A stretch of DNA of 64,000 nt, taken from positions 136,276,001-136,340,000 of the forward strand of contig NC_042999.1 of the NCBI RefSeq assembly GCF_006345805.1. The letters are read 5' to 3'. The DNA comes from Octopus sinensis. Lineage: Eukaryota. Shown here piece after piece: positions 11,858 through 24,722 of this stretch; the stretch's first letter is position 1, and each line of letters begins with the position of its first letter. The notes below the pieces were generated by a model. It made no database searches, had not been told where the DNA came from, and saw only the letters and a list, made by a program, of their open reading frames with translations. The translations under genes were made by a program, and so were the position numbers.

Positions 11858-12120
11858 GGAGTGGCAGTGTGGTAAAAAGCTTCCACATGGTTCTGGGTTC
11901 AGTCCCACTGCATGGCACCTTGGGCAAGTGTCTTCTACTACAGCCTCAGCCTGACCAAAACCTTGTGAGTGGATTTGGTAGACGGAAACTGAAAGAAGCC
12001 TATCAGATATACATATATATATTTACAAAGAATAAGTCCTGGAGTCGATTTGTTCAACTAAATGTGGTGCTCCAGCATGCTACTGTCAAATGACTGAAAC
12101 AATGCAAAGAATAGAAGAAT
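11858..12120 (+). mobile_element. Family-A SINE with internal deletion
   Basis: Head and CORE joined directly to the distal tail. Confidence 0.75.
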
Positions 12121-12126
12121 ACTCAC

Positions 12127-12159
<33 letters not shown>

Positions 12160-12412
12160 TACATACTCGAATATATATATATACATAAATTGATAGATAT
12201 AATGTTTGTTTATTATCTGCTGATGTATAGCAGCAAAGGATGCAACACTGGCAAGAAACTGATGACAAACCCCTGTCCCATGCACCGTGAAATTCAAGTG
12301 AACCACTGAAGGGGTGTGGTCTATTTGAAAGACTGCAACCAATGATGCTATTATTCACAAACTGCGATACCAAAAACAATAAATACATCTTTTTTTACCT
12401 AAACATATTTGT

Positions 12413-12643
12413 TATTTCTTTACTGCCCACAAGGAGCTAAACACAGAGGGGACAAACAAGGACAGACAAACGGATTAAGTCGATTATATCGACTCCAGTG
12501 CATAACTGGTACTTATCTAATCGACCCCGAAAGGATGAAAGGTAAAGTCGACCTCGGCAGAATTTGAACTCAGAACGTAGCAGCAGATGAAATACCACTA
12601 AGCATTTCGCCCGGTGTGCTAACGTTTCTGCCAACTCGCCACC
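12413..12643 (-). mobile_element. SINE family B, young copy with 19-bp TSD
   Basis: Reverse complement of the 2444 element. TSD TTTACCTAAACATATTTGT at 12394-12412 and 12644-12662. Confidence 0.85.
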
Positions 12644-12692
12644 TTTACCTAAACATATTTGTATGCTTACACACACACACATGCATGCATGT

Positions 12693-12990
12693 GAGGGCAC
12701 ATGGTTTAGTGGTTAGGGTATTGCACTCATAATTGCTAGATCATGATATCAATTCCTAGACTGCGTGGAGCATTGTGTCCCTGAGCAAAACACTTCATCT
12801 CACGTTGCTCTGTGATCACTTTGACACCTGATGTGTGGTAACACCAAGCACCTGTTTAGACAATGTTGATTTAATGGAGACAGTGAGCTAATGTGTGGTA
12901 TGAACATTTGATCACTATAAACAAATCATTTGTGCAGCTTGTTCAGCAAAAGCTGCACACTCAAATGTCATCTTTGATGGGAAAGTCCAT
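12693..12990 (+). mobile_element. tRNA-headed SINE family D (also about 80-380 and heads at 19906-20110)
   Basis: Head GCACATGGTTTAGTGGTTAGGG, body GAGCAAAACACTTCAT, and tail ACATTTGATCACTATAAACAAATCAT shared with 80-380. Confidence 0.65.
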
Positions 12991-13568
12991 CATGTATGTT
13001 CATATATAAATTTGTAATGTAATACATGGATTCATAGCTATCAGAGAAAGCTCCTCTAGTGGACCCAGCTAGCTTTCTTTATATTCAGTGCTTTGTAAAT
13101 ACACAGTTGTATATATCTTATAATATGTAGCATGCATATTAGTGCAGACATGTAAAAGAATTTATTATACACAGAAATTATTATTAAATGATGAACACAG
13201 AGACATAGCCATAATCTTAGGATTATGGTCATTTCTCAGACTTCATCATGTAATAATAATTTCAATGGTTAAATAAATATATTCACAAGTACTTAAAAAA
13301 ATATACTCACCTCTCATACCTCCAGATATTTTATGGTGTGTGTGTGTATATGTATGTATGTATATATATATATGTGTGTGTGTGTGTCAATTCATGCATG
13401 TATATATATATATTTACATACATACATACACACATACAATATGTACATATTTATACATAATTTTCAATATGTATATATATATGTATGTATATATACATAT
13501 ATGTATATAGATATATATATGCATGTGTATATATATATATGTATATATTTATGTATATATATGTATGT

Positions 13569-13618
<50 letters not shown>

Positions 13619-14084
13619 ATGTATGTATACATATATGAATGTGCATGTGTGTATACACACAAATGTGCAAATATACATACACTCCCTTGCATGCGCACAC
13701 ACACACATTCTTTCATTTCTTTACTGGTTTTAGTCATTGAACTGTGGCCATGCTGGGTCACAGCTTCAGGGGTTTTATAGTCAATCATAGTGTCGCCAGT
13801 ATATATATATTTCAGTCTGATACTTTCTTTATTCTATAATTTTTACCCATTAACTAAGTTTAAATTTTCACTCAACACTAGATCTGTGCTAACTGACACT
13901 ATTGTATTGAACAGATAAATTCAAACAGACAAACACATATTAAAAAACACTCAGTTCCACACACACATACAAACACACAAGCACACATATTGTTCAATCT
14001 ATGTCAGTATGGAAGACTGACATAAAATAATGATCATTAGGATACATATATATTTACACATATATACAAACATACATACATACA

Positions 14085-14135
<51 letters not shown>

Positions 14136-14334
14136 CATATATACATACACGCAAGCATACATATATATATGCATATATATACATACATACATACATTCAC
14201 ACACACACACATATATATATACATATATATTATATATTAGATATATATGTACACACATATTTATTGGCATTGTTTTACGATTGATTTCTTAATGCTTGCA
14301 TGGATCAGAGGAAGGCCAGATGCTTTTCCTGTGT

Positions 14335-14377
<43 letters not shown>

Positions 14378-14964
14378 TATGGAAGGAACTATATATATAT
14401 ATATTAGTCACACAGGAAAAACATTTATATATATATATATATATATATACATACACATATATGTTATCAATATATATATGTGCATGTATATATGTGTGCA
14501 TTTGTTTGTGTTTGTGTTTGTGTGTGTGTGTGTACTTGTGTATGTATCATTCATTCATTCTTATAACAACCACTTTTCCATGCTACAAAGAGTTTGACAC
14601 GAATTTTTTGAGGTTATATTCTATGGCCAGATACCTTTCTTGACAAGAACCCTTGCCAGGTTTTCAAATAAGGAACATGTAATTTCTCTTGTCATTGAAT
14701 GTACAGAGTGATTGGCTTTAGAATCAACATACATTAAAAACATATCAACTTTGCAGGTAGAGTGGAGTACCCCTTGTACAAGTGTGTGGATATATCTGAC
14801 TTCTGCAGTAAAAGTGTTAACAATAATGATTCAGTTGTAAATGTGACTGTAAAGTTAAAAAGGTCGCTTCACAACCATACAGATTTGGGTCTGATTCCAC
14901 TGTGTAGCACCTTGGACAAATGCCTTGTGAATGAAATGTAGTACATGAAAACAGAATCCTGTTA

Positions 14965-15880
14965 TATATTTTATTTTGAGGTTTCTTGCCAATAGAGAAA
15001 GGGCTGGTTTCTAATCTAGATCCAAGACTCCTTCATTGGAATTTCACCAACATCAACAGGATAGTTTCGTATGTATGTATGTATGTATGTATGTATGTAT
15101 GTATGTATGTATGTGTGTGTGTATGTATGTATGCATGCATGTATGTATGTATGTTTGTATGTATGTATGTATGCATACATGCATGTATGTATGTATGTAT
15201 GCATGCATGTATGTATGTATGCATGTATGTATGTTTGTATGTGTGTATGTATGTATGTATGTATGTATGTATGCATGCATGCATGTATGTATGCATGCAT
15301 ATGTGCAGACCTGTATGTTTTGTTTTATGTATGCATTCTCATGCATATAGTTGCATGTCTAGAAATACTCATATATACTTAAATGATAAACTTCTGGAAA
15401 GTTTTACAGATTTTTACAGTTCCAGTGATGGCTTAGATCTGTAGTCTTCAAATCAGCTTTCTCCTTGGTTTTGAGAAGCCTAATTTCTCAAGATTGCTAT
15501 TTAGGATCTGTGTTGCATATCCCAGTGCCCCAATAATTACACCTATAAACCTGAGATTGTAATTTGGATAGAGTAACTGTAGATTTCTCAATAGTTCAGC
15601 ATAGGTATTTTCTCTTTCATTGATCTTTATCTTTATGTTATCATCCACTGGGCAGCTGATTTCTACAACTGTAAACAGTTTCTTTTCTCTATCCCAGATC
15701 ACATATCAGGTCTCTTATGCTTACATTTTCTGATGGATCTCATTATACACTGTCTTAGCAACAACATCCATGTCTTCATTGGTAGATAATACCATATTTT
15801 TGGACAACTGCTTACGATGTGGGTGATATCTTCAGCGTTAGCTCCACAAAGTCTGTATCGGTTATCACATATTGCTGTTT
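14965..15880 (-). mobile_element. 3' end of a restriction-like-endonuclease LINE (R4/Dong-like), copy 1
   Basis: Zinc-knuckle remnant (RLCGANAEDITHIVSSCPK) followed by a PD-(D/E)xK-type segment (IWDREKKLFTVVEISCP...YAELLRNLQLLYPNY...IIGALG). The 3' UTR contains (CATA)n. Confidence 0.8.
15070..15300. repeat. (TATG)n tetranucleotide array
   Basis: Directly visible; shorter arrays at 15890-16005 and 16180-16280. Confidence 0.95.
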
Positions 15881-15921
15881 GTTTGTTTGTTTATTTGTAT
15901 GTATGTATTTATGCATGTATG

Positions 15922-15955
<34 letters not shown>

Positions 15956-16004
15956 CATGCATGTATGTATGTATGTTGTATGTATGTATGTATGTATGCA
16001 TACA

Positions 16005-16180
16005 TGGGGAGCTTTATGAAAATAAACAAAGACGAAGGCAGGTGGAAAACAAACGAACAATGTATTAGTATGGCGCTCAGGAAATATAAATAAAACAAGT
16101 CTTTAACGTTTCGAGCTACGCTCTTCAACAGAAAGATACACAGAGAGAGAAAAACACAGAAAGAAGGAGAGAAAAAAAAT
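16005..16180 (-). mobile_element. About 180 bp repeat with hammerhead-like motif (16100-16136); homologous to 55190-55350
   Basis: TCTTT-CTGTTGA-A-GAGC-GTA-GCTC-GAAA-CG-TT-AAAGA gives a 5-bp stem I, 4-bp stem II and ACGU palindromic stem III, with A6U in the core. Confidence 0.6.
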
Positions 16181-16280
16181 GTATGTATGTATGTATGCAT
16201 GCATGTATGTATGCATGTATGTATGTTTGTATGTGTGTATGTATGTATGTATGTATGTATGCATGCATGTATGTATGCAT

Positions 16281-16864
16281 GCATATGTGCAGACCTGTAT
16301 GTTTTGTTTTATGTATGCATTCTCATGCATATAGTTGCATGTCTAGAAATACTCATATATACTTAAATGATAAACTTCTGGAAAGTTTTACAGATTTTTA
16401 CAGTTCCAGTGATGGCTTAGATCTGTAGTCTTCAAATCAGCTTTCTCCTTGGTTTTGAGAAGCCTAATTTCTCAAGATTGCTATTTAGGATCTGTGTTGC
16501 ATATCCCAGTGCCCCAATAATTACACCTATAAACCTGAAATTGTAATTTGGATAGAGTAACTGTAGATTTCTCAATAGTTCAGCATAGGTATTTTCTCTT
16601 TCATTGATCTTTATCTTTATGTTATCATCCACTGGGCAGCTGATTTCTACAACTGTAAACAGTTTCTTTTCTCTATCCCAGATCACATATCAGGTCTCTT
16701 ATGCTTACATTTTCTGATGGATCTCATTATACACTGTCTTAGCAACAACATCCATGTCTTCATTGGTAGATAATACCATATTTTTGGACAACTGCTTACG
16801 ATGTGGGTGATATCTTCAGCGTTAGCTCCACAAAGTCTGTATCGGTTATCACATATTGCTGTTT
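16281..16864 (-). mobile_element. Second, near-identical copy of the REL LINE fragment (offset 984 bp)
   Basis: ORF 16432-16686 equals ORF 15448-15702 except one L/F change, and the 5' truncation junction is the same. Confidence 0.8.
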
Positions 16865-18330
16865 GTTTGTTTGTTTATTTGTATGTATGTATTTATGCAT
16901 GTATGTGTGTGTGTGTGTGTATGTGTGTTGTGCATACATTTGTACCTATGTATCGCTGCATCACACATGTGGTGATAATGCTTATGGCTTACAGGGATGA
17001 AAAGTCAAGCAGCTCATATGAAGTCAATCAATAAAGTATCTTACTTAAAAAACAAAAGGTTGTTGTCAAGAAGGGCATCTATAATATTGCCTGAGTCTCA
17101 TTTAACCCATATCAGCATGGAAAAAGCAGAAATAAAAACGATGATGATGATGATGATGATGAAGGTGAGGAGGAGGAGGAATGGATTTCCAATATAAGCC
17201 CAGTTAGATTTGTGAGGGAAAGACAGTTGATCAGATCTACTCCTGAAGTTGACAGGTACTTCTTTTATTATTGTAGACTGTGTAAAACGAAGATGACCCT
17301 GTTGGGATTTGAACTCTGACCATAAAGAGACAATAATATAAGTACACACACACACACACACACACAGACACAGCAGAAAGTAAAGCTGAATAGAGAAAAT
17401 TTCTTTATTAAATGTGATATCAATATATCAAGATGTATGCTCCGATATTTATATCTACCTGATATCTCCAAGGTTCTTGTTAATAAACAGGTGGCTTTTA
17501 TCCAATCTGACAAGATCTAAGATGGATAGCTTGATTTCTGACTTAAATGAAATGTATGTATGTCTCTCTCTATCACTAATTTATCTCCAGAATTTAATTT
17601 TAGCCAGAAGATAACTTTTCACCTTCCATGACACATTATTCGTGGTGTTGTAATTAGTCATTAGTCACATTATCTAAAGGCTTTCAAGACATGAAAAGGC
17701 TGTCTTACTGCCCCCACACCCATCTGTGTTCACATGATGAAGATAAATAATAACGAGTACATACATAATAATATTCCACCTACTGCACACTTCCATTGTC
17801 TCATGAAATATTCAGCCAGTTAATTGTTGTCAGTAATTTGATAATGCTGTGTACTTGTAGGAAATTTTCTGACATTAAGTGATAATATGTTGGGAGTTAG
17901 AAAATATGATTAAATAATCTGCTTTCCATTTGAGCTTCTCACCTTCATCTGCCTTTTAAGCTAAATCTGCACTATCTCCAACTTATGCAAGAGGAGGTAT
18001 TTTTGCAGTCTCTCTTTTATACCATTCTGCCTGAGTTCATTTAAGCTCAACAATATTTCATTTGATATCTAAAATGCTTATCTTAAAAATCATGCATGAT
18101 ATATATACATATATATACATACATAAATGTGTGTGTGTGTGTGTAAATAAATGCTTATATATATAAGGTGCAAGTGTAGGTGTGTAATAAGTTTGCCTCC
18201 AAACCACATGGTTCCCAGTTCAATCCCACTGCATGCCACCTAGTGTAAGTGTTTTCTGCTATAACCCTGGGCCAACCAAAGCCTTTTGAGAGGATTTGGT
18301 GGACTGAAACTGAAAGTAGCCCCCATTATA

Positions 18331-19645
18331 TCAGGTAATCCCATAAGTTCTGTCCGATTTTACCATTTTTAAAAATTGAATGAAATTTAATAGTATTTTA
18401 GAATGTCTAATGGAATTAAAAATTATTTTTAAGCATTTGTGTACATTTAAACTAATTAAATATTATTTTACAGAGTAATAGAATTGAAATTTCTTTGATT
18501 AAATCCCTTTCTAACATGGAAGTATCCAAAAAGCATTTGAGTCACATAATGCTTTATGAGTACAAAAAAGGAAACTCTGCAGCTGAAGTGACTCAAAACA
18601 TACACTCAGTTTATGGGAATGAATGCTTGAATGAAAGAACTTGCAGAAGATGGTTTGCAAAATTCAGAAGTGGAGATTTCAGCCTGATGATGATAAAGAT
18701 TGAACAGGACATCCAGTTGAGTTTGATGATAAACTCCTTGAGGCATTACTTGAAGAAAATTGAAATTTAATCATCATTGTACTTTCCCTGATTATCAGTT
18801 GAAGAATTGGCAATAAAGCTTAGTTCAAAACCATACAACTGTTCATCGTCATCTTCAACAACTTGGAATGGTTCTTAAACTTGGAAAATGGGTGCCTCAT
18901 GAATTGTCTGAAAGCAACTGTAAATCCTGAGTTGACATCTGCTCTTCTCTCCATTCTCACAAACTCATTTCACCCTTTTTGGATAGACTTGTGACTGGTG
19001 ATGAAAAATGGATCTTCTATAGAAATGTTAAACGTTGTAAACAGTGGCTTGGTAAAAGGGAAAAAGCTCTGCCACAACCGAGAAGGGAACTTCATGGGAA
19101 AAAGTTTCTTCTCTCTATCTGGTGGGATTGCAAAAAAGAAATTCACCTTGAATTGTTACCACCTAATGCAAAAATCAATGCTCAAGTCTACTGTCAGCAA
19201 TTAGAGCATTTGAACTAAGCTTTGAAGAAAAAAGACCCACTTTAGTGAGTCAAAAAGGAGTGATGTTTTATCAGGACAATGCATGACACCACACTGTAAA
19301 GATCACATCACAGAAAGTTGAAGAGCTTGGTTGAGAAAAAATTCCTCATCCACCTTATTTTCCCGACCTTGCTCCTTCAGACTACCATTTGCTTCGCAGA
19401 TTACAGAATCATTTCAGGGACATAACTTTTGCAAGCCAGGAGGAGGTTGAAACTGACATTTCAGAGTTTTTCGCTTTGAAACCAAAAGAGTTTTACATCG
19501 ATGGGATTAAAAAGTTTGTAAATAGATGGAAGGAAGTCATAGATAATCAGGGAAAGTACATTGATGATTAAATTTCAATTAAATATAACGTTTGATCACT
19601 TGTTTTCTTTATTCAAAATTCGGGCAGAACTTATAGGATGACCTG

Positions 19646-19646
<1 letters not shown>
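18331..19646 (+). mobile_element. Full-length mariner (DD34D) transposon with disrupted transposase (ATG 18516 to TAA 19571)
   Basis: About 30 bp TIRs (TCAGGTAATCCCATAAGTTCTGTCCGA / TCGGGCAGAACTTATAGGATGACCTGA) with a preceding TA. Motifs: N-terminal HTH, WVPHEL, VTGDEKW, HPPYFPDLAPSDYHL. Several frameshifts and stops. Confidence 0.95.
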
Positions 19647-19697
<51 letters not shown>

Positions 19698-21379
19698 ACG
19701 CGTGTGTGTTACTGTCACCTTGCCTTGACACTCTTGTAAACAAGTGTTCGCATAATGCAAGTGGTATCCTTTATTTCCAATATTCTGTGAAAATGAGTCT
19801 GGTCATGTGGAAACGTGTGAGGGCTAGCAACAGGAAGGGCATTTGGCTGTAAAATATCTTCTCAACAAATTCATTCCATCCAACCCAAGCAAGCATAGGG
19901 AGAGCACATGGCCTAATGGTTAGGGAGTTGCACTCATGATCACAAGATCATGGTTTCAGTTCTTGAACCTGGAGGTTTGTTGTGTTTTTGAACATTATAC
20001 TTCATTTCACACAGTTTCATTCCACTCAGCTGTAAATGAGTAACCAGTGGAGGCACGTGGCTTAGTGGTTAGTGTGATGGGCTCGTGATTGTAAGATTGC
20101 AGTTTCAATTCCAATTGTCTCTTGTGGCATGGTTTCTTTGGCTAAATGCCCTTCCTAATGCCAATCGCTTTGGAGTGTCTGCAGGGTGCATTTTAAATGG
20201 CTTGCAATAAGGATAAAAAATTGAAGAGATAGACTGAAAACACAGTATATTACTGGTACTTATTTTATCAACCCCACCCACAAGAGATCAGAACTGAGAA
20301 TGTAATGTGGCATGACTAAATAATATCACACAACTCAAACAGCACATATTCTACATGATCACCTCACAATAAAACTTACACAATGTATTTCCAATGCAAC
20401 AGAAAAGCAAAACAAAAACACTGCATACAGAACTGCACTGGGTTGTACTGTAAAAGCGTGCAATAAAAATACTACAAGTGAAACAACAACAGTAGCAGCA
20501 GCAGCAGAGTGCAAGTCAGATCAATACCAGACAAATTCAAACCAAAACAAAGCATGATAGACAATACAAATGGAAAGTATAATGTTCGCCATTGGTTAAA
20601 AAGGAAAATGTGTACTTTGAATTTGATGTAGAAAATCTTTTAGAAAATGGAGTATGAAACCTTTTGTATTGTCAGAAATGAATAAATTGTTACCTGATAA
20701 AAAAGTAGATGATAATCTAAATAAAGAGCTGGACTTTATTCCGCAATAAAATAATAAATGGACCCAAGAGACTTACATTTCCATAGTACATGTACATTTT
20801 ACCAATATACTATCCAAAAAAAAACGAGATTTCCCCAACACATGCATGTATAGTATCTGGGGAAAAAATAACTCTAGTCTAAAACTTTGGATTCCAACAT
20901 TCTAAGATACATATTTAAAAATAAAAGCTAAAACATAGAACATAAAAGCAGAAAACTTTGAAGAAAGAATGCATAATGATAATACAAATAACAAAAATAT
21001 AATACATTAACGCTAACAACACAGAGTACATAAATCACGAATTCACATCTAGTAGAAAACAAATGAAAGAAACAATAAAACACAGTAAAGTCAAAACTAT
21101 AGCACACTTACAGAATACTAACGAAAGTTGAACCAAAACTACAACTGATGGAAATATAAACATAAGCAAATGTGAGAAAGAATTAAGAGTTGTAAGCTCT
21201 ACATCAGTAAATTTTGAAATATGACAATAATCAAAAGGTGGAAATAGTTAAAGAAATAAATAAACGAATCTTCTTAAGGACCAATGAAAGAATAGATAAA
21301 CATAAGACCTGCTGATAAAACAACAATGGGACAGAAAATGGGATATTGTTAAAACTAAACCAATGTTTATTAGAAGAGT

Positions 21380-22720
21380 TGTACTGAATGGGGACTTACT
21401 CCACTGCTTTTTATTTTGTCATTGTTGTGTTTCACTTATATGCTAAAATACCAGACTGAATATGAACACAATGGAGTGACAATCAACCATTTCATGTGTA
21501 TGAATGACCTCAAGTTGAAGACTATAGATAAGAGGCATTAAGAAAATCATTTACATATAGTGGAAAGATTCAGGGAGAGAAATTAGTATGAAATTCAGTT
21601 TAGAAATATGTCAAGATTATCTTGAAGGGGGAAGAATTTAAGAAATAATAGGCACAGGCATGGCTGTGTGGTAAGAAGCTTGCTTCCCAAACACCTGGTT
21701 CTGGGTTCAGTCCAACTGTGTGGCACTTTGGTCAAGTGTCTTTTACTATAATCTCATGACTGGATTTGGTAGATGGAAACTGAAAAAAAGCCCATCGTGT
21801 ATGTATATATGTGTGTGTATGTGTGTCTTTGTGCCTGTATTTGTACCCTTATTACTACTTGACAACCGGTGTTGGTGTGTTTATGTCCTAGTAACCTAGC
21901 AGTTCAGTAAAAGAGACTGATAAAATAAGTACTAGGCTTCAAAAAAATATGTCCTGGGGTCAATTTGTTCGACTAAAACCCTTCAAGGCAGTACTCCAGC
22001 ATGGCCGCAGTCAAATGACTGAAACAATTAACAAATTAAGGGAATAAAGAAAAGGGTAGTGGATTGGCAGAATTGCTAGGCTGTCACTCAAAATGATTTG
22101 CCTTTAATTGCACTACTCTATGTTATTTTCTGAGTCCAACTCTCACCAAAGTCAAGATTACTTTTCATCCTTTCAGGGTTAACTAAATGAAATACTAGTT
22201 AAACACTGGAGTCAATGATATTGAGTAACCTTCCCCTCAAAATTGCTGGCCTTGTGTCTAAATTAGAAACAATTATGTAAGATAAAGAAACAAAGATAAG
22301 AGAATTAAACCAAACACAGGTTACAAATTACTTGGAAATTAATGAACTAGACAGAATAATACGTAAAAGAAAGAAAGGTGCGAAAATAATATTATAGACA
22401 GATTAATGCCTAAAACTTAGTTAAAAGCTAAAAATAAGGTAATAGGCATCAAAAGCTGCTCAAGTAATTAGCTGTAGTTATAATATTCTCAACTTGAAAC
22501 TAAGTTAAATTTCACCACTAGACACACAAAGAAGAAAACTAATGACTGCATAGAAAGATGATTTACTATCAATACAATTAGGTAGAAGAAGTAATGTTGT
22601 TTCTGCAATTAGAAAAATACTATGAAATATCAACAGTAAGTCTACAAAAATAGTTAATATAGAACAAAAGAAAATTAATACAAATAACTACAAAACATGA
22701 AGAAAATGGAAACAAAAACT
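21380..22720 (+). mobile_element. Old R4/Dong-type LINE RT relic interrupted by SINEs (21651-22280)
   Basis: Broken motifs: GDLL.PLLF, INHFMCMNDLKL (from HLLYMDDLKL) and MKFSLEIC. After the SINEs come remnants of YKYLG, ELKAKNKVIGI and LD..RKLMT. Confidence 0.65.
21651..22035 (+). mobile_element. Family-A SINE inserted in the R4-type LINE relic
   Basis: Full head-to-tail match. Confidence 0.8.
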
Positions 22721-22767
22721 GAGATAAGAGACAGCTGAGAAGTGTTTAAGAAAGAACAGTAACAACA

Positions 22768-22801
<34 letters not shown>

Positions 22802-22869
22802 CATTCTTGTACATATATATATATATATTTACATTCTTGTACATATATATATATATATATATATATTTA

Positions 22870-23182
22870 CATTCATGATCACGTGATCACGTGATCGACC
22901 AGACCATCAGATGTTGTTACACATCACTGGTCACAATGCGTTCGCTTGCTTTAGCCTTTGAATGACGCCACCCCGCTGGCTAAGCGAGCAGGCCAACAGA
23001 AGAAAGAGTGGGAGAAAGAGTGGTGAAAGAGTACAGCAGGGATCACCACCCCCTGCCGGAGTGCCGTGGAGGTTTTAGGTGTTTTCACTCAATAAACACT
23101 CACAACACCCGGTCTGGGAATCGAAACCGCGATCCTACGACCGCAAGTCCGCTGCCCTAACCACTGGGCCATTGCACCTCCA
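22870..23182 (-). mobile_element. tRNA-headed SINE family E with (ATCACGTG)n tail
   Basis: Head GGAGGTGCAATGGCCCAGTGGTTAGG...GGTTTCGATTCCC, GC-rich body, and an 8-bp tandem tail. Confidence 0.75.
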
Positions 23183-23204
23183 TAAATATATATATATATA
23201 TTAT

Positions 23205-23277
<73 letters not shown>

Positions 23278-23283
<6 letters not shown>

Positions 23284-24693
23284 TAGTAAAAAGTGAAAAA
23301 ACTACAGAAGGCTTGTTTTAAAAGGTTAAAAAATATATATTTGAGTCAATATGTCTGAAGAATATTATAAATTTTTTTATTACAATGACATAGTTTAGAA
23401 GAAAGACCGGTTTCGCGTTTAGCTTTTCAAATTTATTACGTCGTTATGTTTATGTTGAGAAGAGTTATCGTTATGTTTATGTTGAAAAGAGTTCTAGATA
23501 AGGGGAGGTAATAAGTGATTTCTTCCGGTGTAAGGGAGATAATCGCTTTAAATTTTTTGCCTTTCTCTTGGTGTGAATTTCTCTGTATAAGTATGTTGGA
23601 ATGGTTAAGTCTGGGCTTGTACTTTTCAATGAAGAATGTTTCCTTGTTTAGTCTCATTTGTGTTGATGATCCGATAGCACATTGGTAAAATGGAAAGATT
23701 AAAAATTGTGGTAGTAGTTGCTTTGCGCATTTCTCAATGTGCTCACTAAAAGGTATCATTCTGTATTCTGGGAATGCAATCTGTTGTCGATGCAGTGTGC
23801 ATCTACGTCTGAGTGATAGTCCCGTGGTGCCCACGTAGTCTTGGTGGCAGCCCGAGCATTTTATGACATAAATTATGTTTCCAGAGGCACAAGTAAAATT
23901 AGATTTGATCTTGAATTTCTGTCCCTCTTTGAAGAGGAATTCTGATCCTTCTAGCAGGTTCGGACATGTTGCACAGTTTGATCTACCACATTTTTTTACT
24001 TTTGCATCCGTAATTTCAGAAAACAATTTTGCCTTTGTGAGAATCGTTTTAAGTGATTTAGGTTGTTTGTAGCTTTTAATGATTTGGTGTATGTTTAGAA
24101 TTTCCTTTAATTTGGGGTCCTTATGAAGTATTGGTAAATTCTGGGTGATGATGGTGAAGGCTTCTTTATTTCTGGGGTTGTATGTAGATATGTAAGGTAG
24201 TATTTTTGGGGAAGGTGTGTTGTTATGTTGAACTTTTCTTAAAGTTTCTATGTTGATTTCTGTTGCACGTCTGATCCCATCCTCTATGAGTTGAGCTGGG
24301 TAATGTCTGTCAATTAGGGTGTTTTTGAGTTCTTGCAGTCTAAAGTTCCTGGTATTTTGTTCTGACACTATTGTGCATATCCTTCTTGCAAGGTTGAAGG
24401 GGATGTTTGTTTTAGTGTGTCTTGGGTGGCATGAATTAAAAAGAAGGTATTGTTTGGCGTCTGTGGCTTTGTAAAAAATGTCTGTTTCTATTTTAAGGTT
24501 AATTTTTTTAATTAGTATATCCAAGAATGGGAGCTCCTTTTGGTTGTATTCCATTGTGAACTGTATATTTGGGTTTATGCTGTTCAATAGGTTTTTATAT
24601 TTTAGGAGTTTATCTGTGTTTTCATTCCAGAGTATAAAACAATCGTCCAGGAATCATTTCCAATTCTCTTTTATGTATTGAGAGAGGGGGTTT
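23278..24693 (-). mobile_element. Penelope-like retroelement (Neptune-type), 5'-truncated; left arm of palindrome
   Basis: ORF 23436-24587 encodes the RT C-terminus (FTME...LPFLDI), a Cys-rich linker (KCGRSNCATC) and a GIY-YIG endonuclease (NIIYVIKCSGCHQDYVG...RCTLH...KYKPRLN). The upstream in-frame YIKENWK*FLDDCFILW carries a CGA>TGA stop. Confidence 0.92.
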
Positions 24694-24722
24694 ATCAATT
24701 CCTCTTCTTTATCAATCTTTGG

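Noticed and set aside
15070-16280. REL LINE as a (TATG)n-specific inserter
   Set aside because: The large (TATG)n array lies inside the element's 3' UTR, with element sequence continuing to about 14965, so it is not the target site.
17940-18062. Minus-strand segment with AG acceptor and GTGAGA donor as a TMEM245 exon
   Set aside because: All three frames contain stops and there is no similarity to TMEM245.
22877-22896. Perfect palindrome with two CACGTG E-boxes as a regulatory site
   Set aside because: It is simply the 8-bp tandem tail of a SINE.
24678-24722. MREGVYQ... start of the 101 aa ORF as a true PLE N-terminus
   Set aside because: It is created by the palindrome junction and a frameshift; the element is truncated inside RT.
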